A stretch of DNA of 64,000 bases from the NCBI GenBank assembly GCA_963759805.1, contig CAVXAT010000002.1, forward strand, positions 5,532 to 69,531, given 5' to 3'. Source of the DNA: an uncultured bacterium (GTDB lineage: Bacteria; Babelota; Babeliae; Babelales; RVW-14). The first letter of the stretch is position 1; the number at the start of each line of letters is the position of its first letter. The notes beneath the pieces were generated by a model that saw nothing but the letters and a program-made list of their open reading frames with translations, did not search any database and was not told the origin of the DNA. Positions 20,560-28,633 of this stretch are shown in pieces. The position numbers and the translations under genes are program-made.

Positions 20560-20775
20560 GCACTTACAACTTATTACCAGCTTCTACCAGTACCTAAATT
20601 CACGCTTTGTATATTTATTGTAAAAGCTGTGATAAGTACAAATTATTTTGCTTGCATCAACTCCAGCCGCAATCTGAGCAAGAAAATAGTTTCACTGCGC
20701 AACTTTGTTTTTACCCATATTTTTTGCTTTGCATCTAGCACTGCACCAATTCCTGAAAGGATTCCACGATCGCTC

Positions 20776-20824
20776 CACTTATGAGCTAAAGGTAACATGA
20801 CATGTTACCTTTAGCTCATAAGTG
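20776..20824. repeat. Perfect 49-bp palindrome (24-bp arms, 1-nt centre)
   Basis: CACTTATGAGCTAAAGGTAACATG-A-CATGTTACCTTTAGCTCATAAGTG. Every arm position was checked base by base. It lies in the 460-bp non-coding gap after rseP. Confidence 0.95.
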
Positions 20825-21020
20825 ACACATTAGCCTGGCTTTTGCAATAGTTTTGCAAATATGTTGCGCCCCCGCTCACGATAGCTAAAATCTCGCGATT
20901 TAATTCATCAAAAAAAATTATTTTCAAAACTTGCTTTTACCCCCCCCCTTATTATTTATTACAATTAGAATAGAAAGTTATTTTATAATATTTTTAATAT
21001 CTTATTCAGGGGAGGAAGGT

Positions 21021-21182
21021 ATGAAGAATTTCAAGCAATTATTAGGTCTTTGCTTGGCCTATGCATGCATCAATGCAAACGTACAGGCAATGGAAATGGG
21101 TGAAGTTGAAGCCGATGCTAGAGAAGAGGCTGCCGCCAAAAAGCTAGCTGCCGAGGAGAAGGCCGCCGAATCGGCTGTCTGA
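21021..21182 (+). CDS. Small secreted Ala/Glu-rich protein (53 aa), function unknown
   Basis: GGGGAGGAAGGT precedes the ATG. Signal-peptide-like MKNFKQLLGLCLAYACINANVQA is followed by an acidic Ala-rich helix. The track ORF starts further upstream with no support. Confidence 0.5.
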   Translation: MKNFKQLLGLCLAYACINANVQAMEMGEVEADAREEAAAKKLAAEEKAAESAV

Positions 21183-21216
21183 AACCCTGCTGCCGGACAA
21201 CCAAGTGCTAAATAAG

Positions 21217-22146
21217 CTATACACGAAGATGAGGAGGCATAACCCGCCACTGATCGGGATTAGAAATATAGTGAACGACAACTTCGCGGTTAAAGCTGTG
21301 GCCAGTTTTAGCCGCGATTACTTTTCCGGCCAGAGATAAGCCCAACAGGCTTAAATCACCGATAAGATCAAGAACCTTATGCCTGACACACTCATCATCA
21401 AACCGTGTTTCGTTTAGAAAGCCTTCGTTACTTAGTACAACAGTGTTACCAAGCGATGTTCCCTTTGCAATCCCAAGCTTGCGCATCTGTGGAAGTTGCT
21501 CCAAAAACCCAAATGTTCTTGCCGGCGCAATATTTTGAGCAAAAAATTCTGGCGTTAATATGCATTCAAACTGGCTGCTGCCAACAAGTTTATGGGCAAA
21601 GTCCGCCGTATAAATTAAGTGAAGAGCTGGAGAATTATCTTGTGAGGTATAATTATCTTGCGTGGGATGATTGCCCTGTACGGGATGATTGTCCTGTGCA
21701 GGATAAATCTCAATAAAGCGTCCCGTTTTATCTTCAAATCTAAGTTTTTCTTTGGGGGTAATATACTTTTTTGCAACATTTTGAAATTGAAAGCCACAGT
21801 CTAAAATACCCTGAACAAATGGAGAGGCACTGCCATCCATGATTGGAATCTCGACACCATGTACCTCTATCAAAACATTATCAAGTCCGGTTGCAACAAT
21901 TGCCGCCAGCAGATGTTCTGTTGTACTCAACATCCAACCACTACTATTTTTCAAAACCGTTGCCTGCATTGCAACCTCAGGAATTACAGACCCAATTTTA
22001 AAAACATCATTGGGGAACGCCGGGTTTGTGAAAACAATGCCAGAATCTTGAGCTGCCGGCTTTAAGATAATCTTGGACAACTGTCCGGAATGAACCCCTA
22101 TTCCTTCAAAAATGACTTCGTTTTTCAGTGTGCTTTGTTGCTGCAT
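21217..22146 (-). CDS. lpxC: UDP-3-O-acyl-N-acetylglucosamine deacetylase
   Basis: TLKNEVIFEGIGVHSG, TTEHLLAA, EIPIMDGSA and HKVLDLIGDL blocks. Start set at MQQQSTLKNE. Contains a tandem hexapeptide-repeat insertion. Confidence 0.9.
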   Translation of the reverse strand: MQQQSTLKNEVIFEGIGVHSGQLSKIILKPAAQDSGIVFTNPAFPNDVFKIGSVIPEVAMQATVLKNSSGWMLSTTEHLLAAIVATGLDNVLIEVHGVEIPIMDGSASPFVQGILDCGFQFQNVAKKYITPKEKLRFEDKTGRFIEIYPAQDNHPVQGNHPTQDNYTSQDNSPALHLIYTADFAHKLVGSSQFECILTPEFFAQNIAPARTFGFLEQLPQMRKLGIAKGTSLGNTVVLSNEGFLNETRFDDECVRHKVLDLIGDLSLLGLSLAGKVIAAKTGHSFNREVVVHYISNPDQWRVMPPHLRV

Positions 22147-22274
22147 GTAATGCCTAATAATATAAACCCTAATCACGTAACCCATTTAAACAATTATAGC
22201 AGGTCTACAAATCTGTAAACCTGCTACAAAAACTTATTTATCTTGCTGACCTGGTTGATCTGGCCCAAAGCCAA

Positions 22275-22700
22275 CTAATCTTTTAGCTGCGCTTGGTGTG
22301 GATGCTCTGGCCCAACATAAATCTTAAGTTTCTTAAGAACTTGTCGATTCAGTTTATTTTTTGGAAGCATGCCTTTTACACCGTGCATAATCAGTCTGGA
22401 TGGATCTTTTGCAAAAACATCTTTGGCTGAAGGCTCTTTTAAACCGCCTCTCCAACCGGAGAAACGAGCATAAATTTTATCATCCCACTTATTTCCGGTT
22501 AAAACAATTTTCTCACAATTTACAACAACAACATAATCACCGCAATCAGTGTGAGGAGTGTATGTAGGCCTATCCTTCCCTCGAAGAATATCTGCAATCT
22601 GCGTGCACAAACGACCTAAAACTTTGCCTGAAGCATCAATCTTACGCCACTTTGGCTCGCGTTCTTCTGGTTTCAAAATATAACTTTTATTCATATCCAT
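22275..22700 (-). CDS. rplM: 50S ribosomal protein L13
   Basis: WRKIDASGKVLGRLCTQIADILRGK...; L13 family. Confidence 0.94.
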   Translation of the reverse strand: MDMNKSYILKPEEREPKWRKIDASGKVLGRLCTQIADILRGKDRPTYTPHTDCGDYVVVVNCEKIVLTGNKWDDKIYARFSGWRGGLKEPSAKDVFAKDPSRLIMHGVKGMLPKNKLNRQVLKKLKIYVGPEHPHQAQLKD

Positions 22701-22841
22701 GGCTGATAACCTTAAATCTACTATTTAGAAATCTACTTTTAAGCCTTAAAATTCAATAAAAATGACATTCTTCATTCTAGGGCAAAAAACGGCTATGGTC
22801 AAATATTTTCTAACCGCTCGGTTATTTTTTCTCTTATTCGG

Positions 22842-24500
22842 TTATTTTTTCTCGACAACCACCCTCATGAACTCCATAAACAGCGGATTTACCTTCAGGG
22901 GTGATGAGGTAAACTCCGGATGAGCCTGCGTTCCAAGCATAAACGGATGATCCTTTATCTCTGAGATTTCCACCAGATTTTTCTCAGGGTAGATCCCTGA
23001 AAATACCACGCCGGCTGCTTCAAATTGCTGCCTGTACGCATTATTGAACTCATAACGGTGACGATGTCGCTCCTCGACCAAATCTTTGCCATAAGCCTGA
23101 TATGCTTGAGATCCCTTCAATACTTTGCACGGATATGTGCCAAGACGCATTGTTGCACCCTTACGCTCAATTCCAAGCTGTTCTGCAAGCATTGATACAA
23201 CCGGATTGGCTGTTTTTTTATCAAATTCCGTGCTATTTGCGTCTTTAAGCCCAAGAACGTTTCTGGCAAACTCAATAAGCATTACCTGCATCCCAAGGCA
23301 TAATCCAAGATATGGAACCTTGTGCTCACGTGCCCACTGCGCTGCCAACATCTTACCCTCAACCCCCCTGTTATCAAAACCACCTGGCACAACAATCCCA
23401 TCAAGGCTTGCCATATCCTTCCAAACATCGGCACTTGAATCATCCTTTGCCCTTTCAAGTTGCTCAGCCTCAATTACTTCAAGTTGTACTTTAGCTTTAT
23501 TCCAGTATCCGGCGGATAATATCGCCTCAATAACGCTTATGTATGGATCGTTGCTCCCAACATACTTTGCCACAAGTCCAATTTTCACATCTTTTTTACT
23601 ATTATCGATCAGATCAATTAATTGCCGCCACTGAGATAAATCAGTTGGCTTGGCATTCTCAATTCCAAAATAATTTTGAATCTTTTCACACAGACCCTGT
23701 TTTTCCAGATCCAAAAACAACCTATAAATTGGTCTGTACGTCAAAGCCTGGAATATAAAATCCTTCTCAACACCACACATTACGGATAACTTTTCGCGCG
23801 GTTTTATTCCCACCGGCTTCTCCGCCCGCAATACCAAGCTGTTAGGAATTAGCCCAAGCCCCTTCAAAGTATACACACTGTGCTGGGTTGGCTTTGTCTT
23901 AATTTCATTGGCCCAATCCAAAAATGGCACATAACTGAGATGACAATGGAAAAGCCTGTGATAACCAAGTTCAAGCTGAATCTGACGTATCGCCTCCAAA
24001 AAGGTGTTCCCCTCCATATCCCCAACAGTGCCACCTATCTCTATGAGTACAAAATCTGTCTTTTTATCAATGGCAAAATCTAATAAACGATTTTTTATTG
24101 TATCGACCACATGAGGAACCAACTGAATGCAACGCCCTAAAAACTTACCCTCACGCTCGCCTTGAAGCACCTCTTCAAAAATCTGTCCTGACGAAACTGA
24201 TGATGTTCTGGTCAGATGCAGTTGCATTAATCTTTCATAATGGCCTAAATCAAGATCTGTTTCTGCTCCATCTGCTGTAACAAAAACTTCGCCGTGCTCC
24301 ATCGGCGACATTGTTCCAGGATCAACATTCAAATATGGATCCCATTTGACCACTGCAATTGAGTAACCCGCATTTTTAAGAAGTACGCCGATAGAGGAAA
24401 CCAAAACCCCTTTACCAATTGACGAACAAACCCCACCGGTAACGGTTATAAATTTTGTGCCATTATCAATAACAGTCTTTAATTTTTCACTGAAGCTCAC
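22842..24500 (-). CDS. pyrG: CTP synthase
   Basis: ITVTGGVCSSIGKG, GGTVGDMEG, the glutamine-amidotransferase motif GLCLGMQ, and HRHRYEFN. Confidence 0.96.
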   Translation of the reverse strand: MSFSEKLKTVIDNGTKFITVTGGVCSSIGKGVLVSSIGVLLKNAGYSIAVVKWDPYLNVDPGTMSPMEHGEVFVTADGAETDLDLGHYERLMQLHLTRTSSVSSGQIFEEVLQGEREGKFLGRCIQLVPHVVDTIKNRLLDFAIDKKTDFVLIEIGGTVGDMEGNTFLEAIRQIQLELGYHRLFHCHLSYVPFLDWANEIKTKPTQHSVYTLKGLGLIPNSLVLRAEKPVGIKPREKLSVMCGVEKDFIFQALTYRPIYRLFLDLEKQGLCEKIQNYFGIENAKPTDLSQWRQLIDLIDNSKKDVKIGLVAKYVGSNDPYISVIEAILSAGYWNKAKVQLEVIEAEQLERAKDDSSADVWKDMASLDGIVVPGGFDNRGVEGKMLAAQWAREHKVPYLGLCLGMQVMLIEFARNVLGLKDANSTEFDKKTANPVVSMLAEQLGIERKGATMRLGTYPCKVLKGSQAYQAYGKDLVEERHRHRYEFNNAYRQQFEAAGVVFSGIYPEKNLVEISEIKDHPFMLGTQAHPEFTSSPLKVNPLFMEFMRVVVEKK

Positions 24501-24556
24501 AGACTCTCCTTTAAAGAAATCGTTAAATACTAAAGTACTTTTTTTTCAAGAGTAAC

Positions 24557-24802
24557 GTGAGCTCGATAATTCTAAGATTGATATAATGACCCAAAGCAAC
24601 GCCGCATCGTAGCACTGTATCATCCTGAATTTACCTGCCTCGCCGTAGCCACAGCATGGCGTAGGCGGGTTTCAGGCCTGTCCGAAGTGTTAAATTGCCT
24701 CCCTTAGCGCCATTTTGTCATCCTGAACTCGTTTCAGGATCCATGGATTAATAACCTTCCTATTTTTGTTGTACTTAGGTTATCGAGTTCGCATTAAACA
24801 AA
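24557..24802. repeat. MITE-like non-coding element bounded by ~20-bp imperfect inverted repeats and packed with GC-rich palindromic repeat units
   Basis: Left GTGAGCTCGATAATTCTAAG versus the reverse complement of the right end, GCGAACTCGATAACCTAAG (16/20). The interior contains the 34-nt repeat at 24715-24748 and GTAGCCAC-type units related to other dispersed repeats in the window. Confidence 0.5.
24715..24748. repeat. Dispersed 34-nt palindromic repeat, copy 1 (TTGTCATCCTGAACTCGTTTCAGGATCCATGGAT)
   Basis: Identical 34-mer at 49015-49048. Contains the hairpin ATCCTGAA-ctcg(t)-TTCAGGAT. Confidence 0.9.
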
Positions 24803-24978
24803 ATATTTACAAATTATAGCCAAATTTTGGGTTAAATACATAAAATTTTTACATGTTTTTAAATGAAAAGGCTAATTATTAACTAAAACAAGCATAAATG
24901 TGCATTGCATAATAATTACTAATTACTTGAACCAGCACACCCATTTGCAAATCCAGCACACCCATTGTTCTAGTCCAG

Positions 24979-26105
24979 ATACATATGAGACTAAAAAGTT
25001 GAATTTTTGAATTTGCTTGAAATATAATAAAGACCTCCAGAAAACATAACAAACTTTTTAGGAGGCCTTTATTATGCAGACAAAACGTCTACACAAGAAA
25101 TACTATTATATTTCTAAAATAGATGAAAGAGATTATTCAAAAATAGTTTGGGAGCGCAAGCAAAAGCTCGAGCTATTCGATACATTAATGTGTGATGGAT
25201 GCTCGGAAGAAGTTGCCATCCAAGCAATTGGAATGTCTCGATCAAAATACTATCGATTAAAAGCTCGTTATCAAAGAGATGGCCTTGCAGGCCTTGAGAA
25301 TCAAAGTAGAAAACCACATCGCTTAAGACAACCTCAATGGCCCCCTGAAATTGAGGAAAAGGTATGTGGGATTCGAAATAAATTCCGTGTTTGGGGCAAG
25401 GATAAAATTGCTGTTATTCTTAAACGGGAATTCAATCTTAAGGTATCGATTAGCACGGTTGGACGCATATTATCAAAGCTTATAAAAAATGGAAAATGTA
25501 AAACTGTTTCGTTTTATACTGGAAAATACTCACCAAAGCCAAGAATATTTAATGATCATGCTCAGCGGTTACCAACTGGAGCCAAGAGCAAAAGACCTGG
25601 AGAACTCGTACAAATTGACCATATGACGGTTAAACTTGATTCAGGAAAAGAAGTTAAACACTTTGATGCAATGTGTCCAACGACGCACGTTGCCGTGGGT
25701 AAAGCATATCGCCAAGCAACGAGTTTAATCGCAACAGATTTTCTTGATTTTATGGTTCAGCAGCTGCCTTTCCCGCTTTTATCAGTTCAGGTCGATGGGG
25801 GCAGTGAGTTCAAAGGTGAATTCGAACAAGCCTGTAAAAGTCGCAATATTCCCCTTTTTGTTACCCCTCCGAGATCGCCTCAAATTAACGGTGCTGTTGA
25901 ACGGGGAAATGGAACCGTTAAGTATGAATTTTACAGCCTGTACGACAAAGGCGACAACCTTCAATTCATTAATGACTCACTGCAACAATTTATGAATATA
26001 TATAACAATTATCGACCCCATCGCAGTTTACAAGGACTTACGCCTATGGAATACTGTATAAAGATGGAGGTCTTTCAATCGAATTCTCAGTCTCATATGT
26101 ATTGA
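24979..26105 (+). mobile_element. IS481-like insertion sequence (single HTH + DDE transposase ORF)
   Basis: Perfect 14-bp terminal inverted repeats: ATACATATGAGACT at 24979-24992 and its complement at 26089-26102. The transposase stop sits at the right end. Confidence 0.75.
25074..26105 (+). CDS. IS481-family DDE transposase/integrase
   Basis: N-terminal HTH (MSRSKYYRLKARYQRDGLAGLENQSRKPH) and an rve core with D (VQIDHM), D (VQVDGGSEF), E (NGAVERGNG) and YNNYRPHRSL. Confidence 0.9.
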   Translation: MQTKRLHKKYYYISKIDERDYSKIVWERKQKLELFDTLMCDGCSEEVAIQAIGMSRSKYYRLKARYQRDGLAGLENQSRKPHRLRQPQWPPEIEEKVCGIRNKFRVWGKDKIAVILKREFNLKVSISTVGRILSKLIKNGKCKTVSFYTGKYSPKPRIFNDHAQRLPTGAKSKRPGELVQIDHMTVKLDSGKEVKHFDAMCPTTHVAVGKAYRQATSLIATDFLDFMVQQLPFPLLSVQVDGGSEFKGEFEQACKSRNIPLFVTPPRSPQINGAVERGNGTVKYEFYSLYDKGDNLQFINDSLQQFMNIYNNYRPHRSLQGLTPMEYCIKMEVFQSNSQSHMY

Positions 26106-26211
26106 ACGCAGTCACCCATTTGCAAATAAAGAATTTATAAATTAATCTTGTTAGTAATCTAAGTAGAATATTGTGAGGTTATATTTTAATATTTTTTTGG
26201 GAGGTTATTTC

Positions 26212-28020
26212 ATGAAAATGTTTAAGAAAATAATATTATCGATTCTGATAGCTGGCTGCACAAGTTTTGCAGCATTTGGAGCGAAAGATTCCGGTACAGC
26301 GCCAGCAACTGCGCCCAAAGCAGATTATATAAAAATACAACTCAAGAACGGAAGGGTCCTGCATCTTCCCAAACAAGTCGCAAATATTACAAAATATTTC
26401 AACAACCCTACGCAACAAGCTATGCGCACTGGCATTGAAACCGGTGTTAAATTTGAAAATTTTGATGATAACGTCGTTGAGCTAACCTGCAGCATGATTA
26501 AAGTAATTTACAACTTGCGCCAAGATCAAGAGTCCCAAGCATACAGTAATGATACCAAAAATAAAATGCTTCAAGATATACTTAATCACGCGCTTAATAA
26601 TAAACGCACATTGCTCAAGCAAACTGATTTTGATATCAACCAAGCATGGTGCTTTGCCGATTATCTCGATGGAATTCCAGAATTAGAACAAGCCATTATG
26701 GCTGTGTTGGCCAAAAACATTTGTACACCAGAATTTCTTGATACATTCCAAGGCAATGAATTTTTATCAGATGATCCAACCAATGATCTAACCAATCAAA
26801 AATTTAGGGAGCAATTAAAAGAAGCTTTAAATAAGTATATAAAAATACATCAGCCTGATGTTTATGCGCGCATAATGCCTTACAGCTGCTCTCAAACATT
26901 GAGGTTGCGGAACGACAGCGCCTGTAGCCTATGCGTTACACCAGATGGCAAGATAGTTTCTGGATCTTTTTTTGGATCCATAACCATATGGATCTGTAAT
27001 CCTGTAAATCATAAATATAGGCTGCTTCAAACACTTAATGCTTCAATTGGCGGTCTCCCCGATCCGTGGGTGCTGAGCGTATGCGTTACACCAGATGGCA
27101 AGATAGTTTCTGGGTCTGGTAACAATATCATCAAAATATGGTCATATAATCCTGAAACCCTTCAGTACGCCCTGTCTCAAACACTTGATTCTACGGTTGA
27201 CGGCCATACCGGTTGTGTCAATTGCGTATACATTACACCGGATGGCAAGATAGTTTCCGGATCGAATGACAATACCATCAAAATATGGACCTATAATCCT
27301 GAAATCCATCAATACACGCTGTCTCAAACACTTAATTTTCCATTTGATGGCCCTGCCGGCCATACCTATTGTGTCAATTGCGTATGCATTACACCGAATG
27401 GCAAATTGGTTTCTGGGCTTTATGACAACTCCATCAAAATATGGGCTTATAATGGAGAAACCCATCAATACACCACCCTCCCTCAAACACTTGATTCTAG
27501 AGTTGGCGGCCATACCAATAGTGTCAATAGCGTATGCGTTACGCCAGATGATAAGATACTTTCTGGGTCTTCTGACAGTACCATCAAAATATGGTCCTAC
27601 AGTCCTGAAACACATCAGTACGCCCTATCTCAAACACTTGTCGTCGGTCATGTGGGCAGTGTTGAAAATGTGTGTGTTACTCAAGATGGCAGGATCGTTT
27701 CAGCACTTGAGGTCCCCCCAGGTTGGGGCGACATTATGGACTCAGCCATAAAAATATGGTCCTATAATACTGAAACCAATCAGTACGCCCTATCCCAAAC
27801 ACTTGATTCTACAGTTGGCGGTCATACCAGTTTTGTCAGGACGGCATGCATTACATCAGATGGCAAAATAGTTTCCGGGGCTAATGACAACACCATCAAA
27901 ATATGGGCGGCGCCTAATTTAACGATTGAGCAGATTATTGCACGGTTAAAAAAAGAGCTCGTACCAGCAACTCAGGTACGACAGAAACACAAACATAGGA
28001 CGCAGTCTTCGTGGAAATAA
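26212..28020 (+). CDS. Predicted lipoprotein with an N-terminal Skp1/BTB-like domain and a 7-bladed WD40 beta-propeller
   Basis: GGGAGG Shine-Dalgarno before ATG 26212. The signal peptide has a lipobox (ILIAGC). Seven ~45-aa repeats follow: C(V/I)TPDGKIVSGS.DNTIKIW.YNPE..QY.LSQTL. The Skp1-like similarity is described in the findings. Confidence 0.85.
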   Translation: MKMFKKIILSILIAGCTSFAAFGAKDSGTAPATAPKADYIKIQLKNGRVLHLPKQVANITKYFNNPTQQAMRTGIETGVKFENFDDNVVELTCSMIKVIYNLRQDQESQAYSNDTKNKMLQDILNHALNNKRTLLKQTDFDINQAWCFADYLDGIPELEQAIMAVLAKNICTPEFLDTFQGNEFLSDDPTNDLTNQKFREQLKEALNKYIKIHQPDVYARIMPYSCSQTLRLRNDSACSLCVTPDGKIVSGSFFGSITIWICNPVNHKYRLLQTLNASIGGLPDPWVLSVCVTPDGKIVSGSGNNIIKIWSYNPETLQYALSQTLDSTVDGHTGCVNCVYITPDGKIVSGSNDNTIKIWTYNPEIHQYTLSQTLNFPFDGPAGHTYCVNCVCITPNGKLVSGLYDNSIKIWAYNGETHQYTTLPQTLDSRVGGHTNSVNSVCVTPDDKILSGSSDSTIKIWSYSPETHQYALSQTLVVGHVGSVENVCVTQDGRIVSALEVPPGWGDIMDSAIKIWSYNTETNQYALSQTLDSTVGGHTSFVRTACITSDGKIVSGANDNTIKIWAAPNLTIEQIIARLKKELVPATQVRQKHKHRTQSSWK

Positions 28021-28069
28021 CTGTTCAGTTATAAAAATAGTTTGTCAGCAACAAATAATTTGGTTTCAT

Positions 28070-28106
28070 AAGTGGGTCGATTAAAAACCGGCCCACTTAA
28101 TTTTTG
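28070..28106 (+). terminator. Intrinsic terminator after the WD40 gene
   Basis: Stem AAGTGGGTCG / CGGCCCACTT (one mismatch), loop ATTAAAAAC, then AATTTTT. Confidence 0.65.
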
Positions 28107-28378
28107 GGCGAATAATTAAATAAAATGAACGAACGTTTATGGCTCAATATACTCGATCTATTCTAAGCTTAACGTCTTTCATGGTCAAAATAGACGCATA
28201 CTTTTGGCATTCCATGGTTAAAATAGACGGTTGCTTATGCCAAGGCCCAGCCCAAGCGGACAACGCCATCATCTGCCATAGCATAGAGTACAAAAGTATG
28301 CTAAACATTGACTTATGGTATTACTGCATGGTACCATAATAACAATGTTGTAAATTGGGTATAAAAAATTGGACCCAA

Positions 28379-28633
28379 ATGAATAAAAAACAAAGCGAAA
28401 CATTGCAGGCGATTTTTAAAGAGCCAACAAAATCAAATGTAAAATGGACAGACATTGAGTCGCTATTTAAGCATCTTGGGGCTGAAGTAAGTCAAGGCAA
28501 CGGATCTCGTATAAGAGTTGCACTTAATGGGGTAAGAGCGGTTTTTCATAGGCCACATCCAAGAAAAGAGACCGACAAGGGTGCTTTGGTTTCGGTACGT
28601 AGATTTTTAGAAAATGCAGGGATAAAGCAATGA
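28379..28633 (+). CDS. hicA: HicA-family type II toxin (mRNA interferase)
   Basis: MNKKQSETLQAIFKEPTKSNVKWTDIESLFKHLGAEV..GNGSRIRV....AVFHRPHPRKETDKGALVSVRRFLENAGI. HicA-like architecture, with a 4-nt overlap onto hicB. Confidence 0.75.
   Translation: MNKKQSETLQAIFKEPTKSNVKWTDIESLFKHLGAEVSQGNGSRIRVALNGVRAVFHRPHPRKETDKGALVSVRRFLENAGIKQ

Noticed and set aside
22186-22274. No rpsI (S9) downstream of rplM
   Set aside because: The gap is too short for a gene, and rpsI is probably elsewhere. It is a rearrangement of modest interest that cannot be assessed from this window.
22818-22853. 16-bp direct repeat TCGGTTATTTTTTCTC x2 at the pyrG 3' end
   Set aside because: It is a short local duplication overlapping the stop codon. 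No further copies or structure were seen, and it is likely a trivial slippage event.
27142-27751. 157-aa antisense and 161-aa alternative-frame ORFs inside the WD40 gene
   Set aside because: They are periodic artefacts of the seven near-identical WD40 repeat units. The WD40 frame has clear family signatures; the others do not.
28139-28339. 66-aa ORF upstream of hicA
   Set aside because: No SD and an odd composition. The region is better explained as non-coding DNA with direct repeats and a palindrome (a possible operator).
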